Shown in pieces: positions 19,145 to 28,733 of a DNA stretch of 64,000 nt; positions within the stretch are counted from its first letter, which is position 1; each line of letters begins with the position of its first letter. The stretch covers positions 169 to 64,168 of the forward strand of contig JBLIOG010000001.1 in NCBI GenBank assembly GCA_047639625.1, read 5' to 3'. The notes beneath the pieces were generated by a model. The model searched no databases, was not told the origin of the DNA, and was given only the letters and a program-made list of their open reading frames with translations. Source of the DNA: Gammaproteobacteria bacterium (GTDB lineage: Bacteria > Pseudomonadota > Gammaproteobacteria > GCA-001735895). The position numbers and the translations under genes are program-made.

Positions 19145-19874
19145 CTATTCGCAAGCGGTATTAGTTACCTTTCTGTCAAGCGAACACTGTCCAGCGCCAG
19201 CGCCTTCCGTGTACGTTGTTGTTGTATTGTTATTCCCGCCAAAACACGCGGTAGCACCCAGCGTTGACGTCGTTGCATTCAGGTCGTTTAAGACGCGCGA
19301 GCCTGCACCCATCGTTACCGTCACGGCGTCTATGTTGTCATCTCCGAACGCACCGGCACTCAGTGTTGCTGATGACGCCGCTGTTGTTGTTGTTCCCGCA
19401 ATCTCACCTTTGGCGCCCACGGTTACGTTTGAATGTGTGGATTCCAAGTTACCGGTCACTTTTGCGTCTGCACCTAGTGCTACAGTCGTTCCAGCTATCA
19501 CATTTCCCGTGATCTTCGCTCCGGCACCCAGCGCCACTGTTGAGCCCGAGTTCAGAGTCCCTTTTAATTTGCCTTCTTTAACTAAAATGGCCTTAGCCGC
19601 GTCAAGGGTGCCGGTTCCGATGTGAGAGGTATCGTTTTCCCCCAGTGTGTCCACCTTGGACGTTAACAGCTCCATTCATATCAACGGTGTAATCACCGGC
19701 AATGTAAATGTCGTCAAATGTGGTGCTTTGAGATCCATTACAATAGTATGTATTGTCATAGAGCAGGCATTGGTCCACTTCGCTGCCGTCAAAGTTAATG
19801 CCGACTGCATTCGCAGCTAGCGAGAAGGTGCTGGCAAGCAGCGTAGTAACAAGTTGTTATTGTATCGGTATCAT
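19145..19874 (-). pseudogene. Disrupted gene for a secreted Gly/Thr/Ala-rich beta-repeat protein
   Basis: N-terminal signal-peptide-like MIPIQ[TAA]QLVTTLLASTFSLAANA with an in-frame TAA at codon 6. A frameshift near 19675 precedes a repeat region (GSTVALGAGAKITGNVIAGTTVALGADAKVTGN). Confidence 0.5.
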
Positions 19875-19904
19875 CTGAAGTTTCTCTTGAGGTTGAAAAA
19901 TAAA

Positions 19905-20352
19905 GCCATGAATGATCTTGCAAATGCAAAAGTCTTGCATCGTACAGATTGTCGAAATTGTTTAAAGCGGCAATCATTCATTACGGAATGCACCTCACAT
20001 TTTGGGTCTGAAATAACACCAGATAGATGCCAGAGAATCTGACCGGTAGGCTCGGGCCCATCAATCGCACAAGTATTTCTCAAAGATGCCCCCATATTAG
20101 TTCTCGCCGAGGCAACTTGTGCGTTGGATTCAGAAGTTGAAGCAACCATCCAGTAAAGCCTTCTCGAATGCATAGACAGCAAAACAGTAATAGCTATAGC
20201 GCATCGACTTTCTACCCTTTCCGCTCATGACCGCCTGATGGTGATTGATCAGGGCAGTATTGTTCAGCAAGGAAACCATAAACAACTATTCGAATCCGAT
20301 GGACTCTATTCTGAACTATGGCAAAGTCAGAGCGAAGGATTCATTGATTAAT
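19905..20352 (+). pseudogene. Remnant of an ABC exporter C-terminus (MsbA/T1SS-type ATPase domain)
   Basis: Translation ...KDAPILVLAEATCALDSEVEATIQ*SLLECIDSKTVIAIAHRLSTLSAHDRLMVIDQGSIVQQGNHKQLFESDGLYSELWQSQ shows Walker B, D-loop and H-loop with in-frame stops. No N-terminal TMD or Walker A is present. Confidence 0.55.
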
Positions 20353-20378
20353 CGAGCCAATATTTTGGACCAATACCC

Positions 20379-21575
20379 ATGTCTTCAAATTTAAACCTCG
20401 CCACGAGCTGGAAGATTCAACCCGTTCTCGACTGGTTATTTAATGCTGGATGTCTTGAAAATAACAGCACAAAGTTCGTTGATTCTCTTGCCCATGAGCT
20501 AGTCCGACAAGGTGCCCCCATCGATAGAATGCAATTGACCATAAGAACCCTCAATCCCGAAATTGCAGCTACCTCCAATACCTGGCAATCGAACACGAAC
20601 AAAACGCAATACATCGAGGCACTGCACCATATCATGGACACCGATCGATTTATTGGCAGTCCGATGCAGAAACTATATGAAAAGGGACAGTTCATTCGAC
20701 AACGTTTATTTAACTTACCCGCTGACACTCATCTTGCTTTCACCGAGTTAGCCGAAACCGGATATACCGATTACGTCGCTTTTCCGGTTCATTCTGCTGA
20801 AGGTGTTTTTGGTGCCTGTATATTCGTTACTACAAACTCATCAGGATTTTCAGAGCATGACGTAGGGTGTTTTCTTAAACTGAAAACTTACATGATGCCA
20901 ATTCTCGAAGTGCAGGCTTACCGGCATCTATCAAAATCGGTGCTCAATACCTACGTCGGAAAAAGGACCAGCCAAAAAGTATTTTCAGGAATGATTAAAC
21001 GAGGTGATGCTGAAATCATCAACGCCGCACTGTGGTTTAGTGATCTTCGAAATTTCACTTCCATCACTGAAACTTTACCTGCTCATCAAGTTCTAGATAT
21101 GATGAATGAATATTTCGAATTTGTATCCGATGCCGTTTCCGCCCGTGGTGGAGAAATATTACGATTCATAGGTGACGCTATGCTAATAGTATTCCCGATC
21201 GATGATAAAACCTCAGCTGAGTCCGCCTGCACGGCTGCAATTGATTCGGCGATCGATGCGCAAAGTACCCTGGCCAGCTTAAATCATCGTCGTAAACGTC
21301 AGGGCCAGCCTCAAATAGAATTCGGGGTCGGACTTAACATGGGAGAGGTGGTTTATGGCAATGTTGGTGCTCGTGACCGGTTGGATTTTACGGTTATGGG
21401 CCCGGCGGTAAATCGCACCGCAAGATTGGAATCGCTTACTAAAACTTTGGATGAGAAAATTCTGTTTTCAAAATCGTTTTCTAAACTTATCAATGAATCA
21501 TCAAAATCGTTGGGGTTTCATGCGATGAAGGGGATTAGTGAGGAGCAAGAGGTATTTGCGTTACGTGATGCGTAG
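20379..21575 (+). CDS. Class III adenylate/guanylate cyclase with an uncharacterized ~200-aa N-terminal domain
   Basis: CHD domain motifs FSDLRNFTSITE, RFIGDAMLIVF and GVGLNMGEVVYGNVGARDRLDFTVMGPAVNRTARLE. Confidence 0.8.
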   Translation: MSSNLNLATSWKIQPVLDWLFNAGCLENNSTKFVDSLAHELVRQGAPIDRMQLTIRTLNPEIAATSNTWQSNTNKTQYIEALHHIMDTDRFIGSPMQKLYEKGQFIRQRLFNLPADTHLAFTELAETGYTDYVAFPVHSAEGVFGACIFVTTNSSGFSEHDVGCFLKLKTYMMPILEVQAYRHLSKSVLNTYVGKRTSQKVFSGMIKRGDAEIINAALWFSDLRNFTSITETLPAHQVLDMMNEYFEFVSDAVSARGGEILRFIGDAMLIVFPIDDKTSAESACTAAIDSAIDAQSTLASLNHRRKRQGQPQIEFGVGLNMGEVVYGNVGARDRLDFTVMGPAVNRTARLESLTKTLDEKILFSKSFSKLINESSKSLGFHAMKGISEEQEVFALRDA

Positions 21576-21584
21576 ATTGGGAAT

Positions 21585-21750
21585 GACTGCATGGATGCAA
21601 CGCTCCGGCGGTCCGGCGCTCCGGCGCTCCGGCGGTCTGGCGATCCGCAGGTAGAGCACCAAAAGTAGGCGCTCTTAGGCGACGCATTAGGACAGGATGT
21701 CCGTAAGTAGAATAACGCAGGAGCAGCTGCCGAGAGCCTCGCGAAATCCA
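21585..21750. repeat. Repeat family 2 (REP-like GC-rich element) with an 8-bp tandem repeat
   Basis: Five tandem copies of the unit CGCTCCGG/CGGTCCGG, then AGAGCACCAAAAGTAGGCGCTCTTAGGCGACGCATTAGGACAGG...GCAGGAGCAGCTGCCGAGAGCC. Similar to 61375-61600 and 16215-16335. Confidence 0.5.
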
Positions 21751-22004
21751 ACAATACAGACATTGCTATGCCATTTGACTCTGATTGAAAAACCATTATT
21801 CGTGGACTCATATTGATGTAATATCTTCAATATTCACCTGAACCGCCCAATATTGGTGCGGTAAAAAAAACCTGGCCCGCATCCTGCTAAGGAAAACAAC
21901 TATGGAATGAATATCGAAATCAGGTGTCAAACAGTAATAGAAAATAAATTTCAAAAAATTGATATCATCACCAAATCCAGATTCAACAACCCGATAAAAT
22001 CACC

Positions 22005-22646
22005 ATGAATACGCTCATCCAAACTAGTTTCAATCTATTCATTCTCTGCCTGCTTGGTACCATTACTTCAGTACAGGCAAGTACAAGTTCAGATACTAAA
22101 TTCAAATATATTCCAACCCAATTCATAGCCGTCCTTGGGGATCCACATGCGTCAGCAGGCGGTGGAGCCGAAACCTGGGGCTTCTGGCCGGTGGATCCTG
22201 GCCCGCGTGGCGTCGGTTTAAAAGACTATGATCAGCTCGTGGAGGACAATGGAATTGCACATTCCAACTGGAAGCTTGATCAAAACGACTGGTGGCTGGA
22301 TGAAAATGGCATTCTGATGGAGAATCCAAAGTTTCCAATTTCACCGGGAAAATATGTGGTTACGGGAGACCGTAAAGTGATGTCTGTACTTACAATTCAT
22401 TCAGAAGATGACACAGGCGATCGTCGTTGGGAACTGGACTACGGTGCCACTCTTTACGATGTTACACATCTTCCCTGTCGTTCAGCACGCTATTCACCGA
22501 TCGATGTTCAAAACAGCTGTTTACCGGGTAGCGCCAAAATCGGTGATTTTCCTGTTTCCCCTGGCGAAAACATGCCTGTCGTCAAAGGTTGTTCGAAACT
22601 GGACTATGCTGTTTTGTTTATTATTGGTGTGGCTGTCGAAGATTAA
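22005..22646 (+). CDS. Secreted hypothetical protein with a C-terminal hydrophobic segment
   Basis: Signal peptide MNTLIQTSFNLFILCLLGTITSVQA. C-terminal LDYAVLFIIGVAVED anchor-like tail. No recognisable domain. Confidence 0.5.
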   Translation: MNTLIQTSFNLFILCLLGTITSVQASTSSDTKFKYIPTQFIAVLGDPHASAGGGAETWGFWPVDPGPRGVGLKDYDQLVEDNGIAHSNWKLDQNDWWLDENGILMENPKFPISPGKYVVTGDRKVMSVLTIHSEDDTGDRRWELDYGATLYDVTHLPCRSARYSPIDVQNSCLPGSAKIGDFPVSPGENMPVVKGCSKLDYAVLFIIGVAVED

Positions 22647-22653
22647 TTGTGGG

Positions 22654-24502
22654 TCAGAGTGCTATCGCTATTCGGTAGGCATCCAGTATTGCTGCATGCA
22701 GTGATCGGCTACTGACATCATGACCGATTCGATACAACCTGAATGTGCTGGACTCATCCGTTTCATGAGGTTGAGCACTGGCTGACAGCAAGGCGTCGAT
22801 ATCGGTCACGCCACTATTAATAGATCGATTGCGTAGCTCGGTAAATACTTCATCAATCGGCGCTGTGCCCTGCTCAACTACGACCTGATCCGTTTCAATT
22901 TCAATTAATTCATTGGTTAAATCATTTCTAAAAGTTGCTAGCAAATGATTAGGTTGCGATTGAACGGATGGTAGTTTCATGTCCAGCTTAAAGTCTACTT
23001 AAGACGGTGCAGTTCTTTAAGGTGCACCGGACGCTCGGCATAGCCTAATTCGGCAGTGGATACTGCTTCTTGGCGTCCCGTTCCGTCATACACTAATACG
23101 CTATTTGCTGGCTTTACATCGCCACTGAGCAAATCCCAGATGATCAAGTTCACTGATTCTTCGGTTCACGACGCTAATAAGATCTCTTCGCCATCCAGCG
23201 CGGGTGGCGGTTAACAACTGACCACCGAGTTTCGGGGTTGCTTCAAGTAAAATCACCTCGTGGCCGCGTTCCGCTGAAACTCGCGCCGCCTCTAGCCCAG
23301 CCCAGCCGGGCCGCCGCCGAAAACGACAACTCGCTTTTTTATCCCGATGATAGGTTCAATAACTGGCGGTAACTCAAGTTCACGCCCTGATGTTGCGTTA
23401 TGAATACAATGAATTTTTTATGCATACAATGGAACGCACCAAAACAGGGACGGATTCGATCTTCCTCGCCACGTAAAATTTTATTGACTATATGCGGATC
23501 AGCAATGTGGGTACGTGTCGTAGCAACCATGTCCAAAACTCCATCTCGAATAGCGTGCCTGGCAGTAGGCCCATCAGTAATACGCGCTGCATGGGAAACT
23601 GGCAAAGATACTGAAGACTTCATTTCTTTTATCAAGGGTAAAAACGGTGCCAGCGGTTGCGTCATACTGGGCATATTATTTTCCGCAAGAGCCAACTCAG
23701 TATCCATTCGACCTGCTACACAATTAAGGAAACTAATTGCGCCTTCTCGTTCGAGCAATTGGGCAATCCTAATAGCATCTTCGGCCGATAATCCACCTCG
23801 ATCTTCCTGAATCGACATCCTGATGCCGAGTAAAAAATTATCCCCGACCTGTTTTCGAATCTCTTCATGAACCATGAGCGCAAAGCGGGCCCGATTTTCA
23901 ACACTACCGCCATACTTATCGGTTCTTTGATTTAACTCGGGTGAAAAAAACTGCCCAATAAGATGACCACCCCCGTGAGTTTCCAGTCCATCGAGTCCAC
24001 CTTCCAGGCATCATCTGGCCGCTTGCCCAAAAGCCTTTACAATCCGTTTGATATCAAATTCATCAATTTGTCGCGGGATACTTCGATGCAGAGTTTCGCG
24101 GATCGTCCCGGGTGATATGGTTGGTAACCAGTAATCGGCGGTTGCATCACCTCGGCGTCCAAGATGAGTAATCTGACACATCAAGGCAGTGCCGTGACTA
24201 TGTATACGTTCTGAAAATTTTTGGAGATGGGGGATAATTCGATCATGATCGATTCTTAGCTGGTTAAACACCGATGGCGAATCGGACGCTACATTCGAAG
24301 AACCACCAAACATTGTTAAAGCCAGCCCTCCTTTCACTTTTTCTTCATGGTAAGCCTGATATCGTTCACCCGGCATTCCACCGTCGTCCATACCACAGGC
24401 ATGCCTGGTACTCATAATTCGATTTTTTAACGTTAAATGACCAATCGTTAAAGGCTGAAACAGAGGGTCATTGGGTCGAATGGGTGTTGACTGTTCGCTC
24501 AT
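22654..24502 (-). pseudogene. Disrupted 2,4-dienoyl-CoA reductase (FadH)/NADH:flavin oxidoreductase-family gene
   Basis: N-terminal OYE fragment (24502-24011) and middle fragment (23875-23339) ending at a degenerate Fe-S motif RPCFGAFHC. The FAD-binding segment VVVFGGGPAGLG* carries an in-frame stop (~23300). The C-terminal piece (22980-22654) ends ...ILDAYRIAIAL, like FadH. At least three frame disruptions. Confidence 0.65.
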
Positions 24503-24582
24503 AATTCAAAACTTGCTAATTGTAGCCCAATATTAAACAATTCAGAATTTACGCTGGACGACGAATCTAGCAGAAAACTCGA

Positions 24583-24942
24583 TCAGTCATTATCGAGCGG
24601 AGCAAGGATACCTGATCGCGTGCGTTCAGAGGCCGTATCTATTTCAAATAATTTATCTCGGAAAAAGCTAGAACGAGATTTGAAATGGAATACAGAAGCA
24701 CCGATGATAGGAACACAGTGGAGAAATCCACACCATAGTAATTGTCTTTTTAAGGAGATTAGCGCGCTAAAAGTCGTTGTCACCGGAATCAGCAACAGGT
24801 GGACAGGAACAGCAACGACCAGGAAACCAAATAACGCGTTATCCATTATCTCCTCCATTGACTCCGACCAAATAGTCAAACTTAGGCATATCACCCGAAG
24901 GTACACTTCAGAATGTGAATAACTATACCCTGATACTGCCAT
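24583..24942 (-). CDS. Hypothetical small membrane protein (uncertain)
   Basis: 119-aa ORF with two hydrophobic segments, overlapping the PhzF 3' end by 20 bp. An opposite-strand ORF competes for the same DNA. No homology recognised. Confidence 0.25.
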   Translation of the reverse strand: MAVSGYSYSHSEVYLRVICLSLTIWSESMEEIMDNALFGFLVVAVPVHLLLIPVTTTFSALISLKRQLLWCGFLHCVPIIGASVFHFKSRSSFFRDKLFEIDTASERTRSGILAPLDND

Positions 24943-25816
24943 CCATTACCATTTTACAGGATCCGCCTATCCATGACCCGATGATGCTACCGGACTGTTT
25001 TTGAACGCGAGCTTCTAGCAAACTGGGACGATTCATTTTCACACCCTGGGCGATTCGCCAGGCAAAATGTCCCTCTGACTCCGAGCAATAATGACTTAAC
25101 ATAGAAACCAGTGCACAGTTTGCACTACCGGTTGCAGGGTCTTCCGGTACACCATCCAGAGGCGCAAAAACTCGACATCGGATATCGAACTCATCCTGAG
25201 ATCGTATGTAGACCAGAATGTCTGAGGTAATCCCTTGACCATGAACTTCTTCCAGCACCTGCGTGTTTACGGAGACTTTTTCGAGGGTAGTCCAATCTTT
25301 AAGTTCAACCATAATAAAGGGCAATCCGACTGAAGCAACCTGGGGCTGATGAGTGGCAGTCAAGATGTCATCGCTAGTCACCGATAGTGCTGAAGCAGCT
25401 TGATCCAAAGCTATTATCTCGCGAATAGATAAGGGCTCAGGGGCTTTTAGCTCACACCAGATACCTGTCCCGTCCCATCGGATTAAAATCGGTACCGGTC
25501 CGGCTAACTCGTCAAAGATGATCTCTTTTTCTTCACCAATGTCGCCTAGTTCGCCAATACTCGCAAGCGTAAATGCCGTGCCAATATTGGGATGACCCGC
25601 AAAAGGAACCTCCTGGGTCGGAGTGAATATTCGAACCTTTCTAGTATGTCTGTGATCCCCGGGCAATACGAATGTCGTCTCCGAATAATTAAATTCCCGC
25701 GCAATAGTTTGCATCTGTTCACTGGAAATTCCGTTTGCATTGGGAATAACAGCAAGAGGATTCCCACCAAATCGCTCATGCGTGAAAACATCGCAGGTAT
25801 AAAATTTATATTTCAT
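24923..25816 (-). CDS. PhzF-family isomerase-like protein
   Basis: N-terminus MKYKFYTCDVFTHERFGGNPLAVIP is typical of the PhzF family. 297 aa. Confidence 0.85.
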   Translation of the reverse strand: MKYKFYTCDVFTHERFGGNPLAVIPNANGISSEQMQTIAREFNYSETTFVLPGDHRHTRKVRIFTPTQEVPFAGHPNIGTAFTLASIGELGDIGEEKEIIFDELAGPVPILIRWDGTGIWCELKAPEPLSIREIIALDQAASALSVTSDDILTATHQPQVASVGLPFIMVELKDWTTLEKVSVNTQVLEEVHGQGITSDILVYIRSQDEFDIRCRVFAPLDGVPEDPATGSANCALVSMLSHYCSESEGHFAWRIAQGVKMNRPSLLEARVQKQSGSIIGSWIGGSCKMVMDGSIRV

Positions 25817-25860
25817 TGAGTCTCAGCTACTGTAAAACTACCATTGAGGGTTGGAAATCG

Positions 25861-27156
25861 TTATCTCAATTTATCAAGCAACTGATAATACCGAACAGCT
25901 GCACCAAGGAACCAGGGCTTACCCGAGTAGAGCGGTCGGGTTTGAAAACCAATCTGATCAAAGGCCGTTTTACCTTCCGGCTTTCCGAGCAATTGCTGGC
26001 CGATACGATTACCCATGAAACTGGCAAGACATATCCCCGAACCACAATAACCCATCGCATAATGTATACCGTCCTGGACACCGAGATGCGGTAAATTATC
26101 GAAGGTATATCCGACAAAACCCATCCAGCTGTGGCTAATCTTCACATCTTCCAGTTGTGGGAATATGCGCAATAATTCCGCCCGTAAAGCGGGTAGGCTT
26201 TTTTCGGGATCCGATTCAAAGACAGAAACGCGTCCACCAAACACAACACGATTCCCATCGGGAGAGCGACGAAAATAAACAACCACTTTACGCGTGTCGC
26301 TAAATACTCTGTCCTTTGGCATTAATGCTTGAGCACGCTCGGCAGGTAAGGCTTCGGTGGCCAGCATATAACTTCCAATTGGAACAATCCGGCGCTGTTG
26401 CCAAGGACTGACATTACCGGTATAGCCACTCGTGGCAATCACCAAATCTCTGCAATTAATCTTTCCTTTTGTAGTTGTAACCGTGAATCCATCGCTGCGT
26501 TTATCAATTTGATCGGCGCGGCAATGGCTCACAATTTCAACACCCACATCGATAGATTTTTGCAAAAGCCCCTGATGATATCTCGCTGGATCAAGCGAGC
26601 AATGCTGATCGATAACTAAACCACCATGATAAAACGGGCTGTCAATTTCGGTGCCTTGTTCAGCTTTGCTCACCAATCTTAAAGGCTGCTCGAGACCTTT
26701 TGGTTGATTCTCAATCGAATGTGCTAGTTGTTTGAACTGACGCGGACTATGGGCCGCTACAAATCGGCCGCATTGACGTAAGTCACAATCAATAGACTCT
26801 TCTTCAATAAATGTTTTAAGCCAGCTCAATGCATTTCTTGCTTCACCAATCAGGCTTTTTGCAGTATCGATACCATGCTTTCTAGAAAGCGCCTCATAAC
26901 CGGGTTTAATCTCACCACTAATCTGACCCCCATTTCTGGCACTGCAACCCCAACCGGCCGATTCGGCATCTATGACAAGGGTTTGACATCCAGCTCTGGC
27001 CGTTTGTAATGCGCAATTTAAGCCGGTATATCCCGACCCTATAATCAGTACATCAACGTATTCCGGTAAGGCCGCTACTGATTCGGCGGGTCTTGGCGTA
27101 CCATCCCACCAAAAGGGTGTATTTTTAAAATCCCGACTTTGAAATGAATAAGTCAT
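25861..27156 (-). CDS. FAD-dependent oxidoreductase (DAO family; DadA/PuuB-like)
   Basis: VLIIGSGYTGLNCA dinucleotide-binding motif. 431 aa. Sits 5 bp downstream of the sulfatase gene. Confidence 0.8.
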   Translation of the reverse strand: MTYSFQSRDFKNTPFWWDGTPRPAESVAALPEYVDVLIIGSGYTGLNCALQTARAGCQTLVIDAESAGWGCSARNGGQISGEIKPGYEALSRKHGIDTAKSLIGEARNALSWLKTFIEEESIDCDLRQCGRFVAAHSPRQFKQLAHSIENQPKGLEQPLRLVSKAEQGTEIDSPFYHGGLVIDQHCSLDPARYHQGLLQKSIDVGVEIVSHCRADQIDKRSDGFTVTTTKGKINCRDLVIATSGYTGNVSPWQQRRIVPIGSYMLATEALPAERAQALMPKDRVFSDTRKVVVYFRRSPDGNRVVFGGRVSVFESDPEKSLPALRAELLRIFPQLEDVKISHSWMGFVGYTFDNLPHLGVQDGIHYAMGYCGSGICLASFMGNRIGQQLLGKPEGKTAFDQIGFQTRPLYSGKPWFLGAAVRYYQLLDKLR

Positions 27157-27161
27157 ATAAA

Positions 27162-28697
27162 TTATACTCGAAGGGGTTCAATTCTCTGCAGCGGCGACTC
27201 GCGTCTAAACGGGCCACCCTCGCCTAACATGATGTCACTCATACCGCGATCCTGATAATTCATTTTCCACGACAACATCTTTTGACTGTAATGTAGAACT
27301 TCTGTCTGATAAGCCGGATCATTTGCCAAATTAATGAATTCGCCGGGGTCATTCTGCAAATCGAAAAACAAAGGTGGTAAGGCCGAAAAGTGAATGTATT
27401 TATAACGGTGATCACGAATTACAGACAGGCCACATTGATGCAGGGTCAAGCCCAGATGTTTTTCAATAGTGTCATCACGAACATCACGAAAATCACATTC
27501 CCAATGCACTTCTTCACGCCAACCATCGGGTACTTTATCGTGGTAAATCATGGGTAAAAGCGAAAAGCCGTCGCATTGTGACGGCACCGGTAACCCCAGC
27601 CAGTTCAACATAGTTGGCATAATATCTACGTTTTCGGTAAAGGCATCAAACTGTTTACCACGGCTACCATCTGCTTCAGCTCGCGGGTCTCTGATGATCA
27701 ACGGAATAAAATATGACTGATCAAAATAACCCTGTTTAAATCGTAACCAATGATCGCCTAATTGTTCACCATGGTCAGAGGTGAAAATAATCATCGTGTC
27801 GTCCCATAGACCTTCCGATTTGAGTATATCGAATAGTCGACCAAGGTTGTCATCTACCTCACTCATCAAACCAAAATAATTAGCTTTGTCCTGCTTGATT
27901 TGACGGCTTGAACCCGCCCTGTATTTACTATGATTTAAAAAATAATCAAGCAATGGATGTTGTTGAGATTCGATATCCGGATTTTCACTACGCATCGGTT
28001 CATCCAGATCGTCCGTATGATACATTTCGTTATAGGGCTCCGGCGCTGCAAAGGGCGGGTGCGGGCGCAACAATGACAAATGGGTGATCCAGGGTTCACG
28101 CCGTCCCTTTATCCAGTCAATGCATCGATTCACCATATAATGCGTTTCGTGATCTTCACTGCTCATGGCGAGAGGCAAAACGGACTCCCCCCCATCGGCG
28201 TAGTCGATTCCTTCACGGGTAATCGCGTACAAATCCCATAATGACTCCGGCATCGGGTGATTTCGCGATACCAGATAATTAGTCCAATCGACAGGGACTT
28301 CACCCTGAATCGGGGTGTAGTAACCCATTCCCGACAAAGGCTCACTATAATGGGTCAGGCGCGGGTCCTGTGGATCGAGCCCTCTTGGATCAGCTGCGGT
28401 GTCGGTATAACCGAACAACGAAGGATGATAACCAAGTCGATTAGCTTCCAACGCCCAGTTAGTAAACCGACTATCGAGCGGCGTACCATTCACGACACAT
28501 CGATGGTTTTGAAGGTACATACCCGTGTGCAAAGAAGTACGACTTGGCGCGCAGGGTGTGGCCTGAGCATAGTGATTTTTAAACAACACACCTTCTTTTG
28601 CAAGCGCATCAAGATTGGGAGTTTTTACCTGTGGATGATCACGGCTGGATAAACATTCTCCGCGCCATTGATCTGCTGTGATAAATAGAATATTCAT
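27162..28697 (-). CDS. Formylglycine-dependent sulfatase (alkaline phosphatase superfamily)
   Basis: N-terminal ILFITADQWRGEC and the C-X-P-S-R sulfatase signature (TPCAPSRTSLHTG). 511 aa, no signal peptide, so apparently cytoplasmic. Confidence 0.85.
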   Translation of the reverse strand: MNILFITADQWRGECLSSRDHPQVKTPNLDALAKEGVLFKNHYAQATPCAPSRTSLHTGMYLQNHRCVVNGTPLDSRFTNWALEANRLGYHPSLFGYTDTAADPRGLDPQDPRLTHYSEPLSGMGYYTPIQGEVPVDWTNYLVSRNHPMPESLWDLYAITREGIDYADGGESVLPLAMSSEDHETHYMVNRCIDWIKGRREPWITHLSLLRPHPPFAAPEPYNEMYHTDDLDEPMRSENPDIESQQHPLLDYFLNHSKYRAGSSRQIKQDKANYFGLMSEVDDNLGRLFDILKSEGLWDDTMIIFTSDHGEQLGDHWLRFKQGYFDQSYFIPLIIRDPRAEADGSRGKQFDAFTENVDIMPTMLNWLGLPVPSQCDGFSLLPMIYHDKVPDGWREEVHWECDFRDVRDDTIEKHLGLTLHQCGLSVIRDHRYKYIHFSALPPLFFDLQNDPGEFINLANDPAYQTEVLHYSQKMLSWKMNYQDRGMSDIMLGEGGPFRRESPLQRIEPLRV

Positions 28698-28733
28698 CTC
28701 TGACCCTTTTAATTGAGTAGTAGTTGAAAATCT

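Noticed and set aside
19145-20352. Interpretation of the repeat-protein and ABC-remnant pair as a former type I secretion system
   Set aside because: Kept only as a remark inside a finding. No membrane-fusion protein or TolC-like gene, no RTX GGXGXD nonapeptides, and the exporter fragment lacks its transmembrane domain.
20379-22646. Pycsar/CBASS-like defence module built around the cyclase
   Set aside because: The cyclase has a large N-terminal sensory-type domain. There is no cNMP-binding or TIR/TM effector adjacent. The downstream gene is a signal-peptide protein without a nucleotide-binding domain.
27162-28697. Choline sulfatase BetC identity for the sulfatase
   Set aside because: The CXPXR motif confirms a sulfatase, but beyond the sulfatase motif the sequence does not resemble BetC as I recall it. 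No betA/betB is adjacent.
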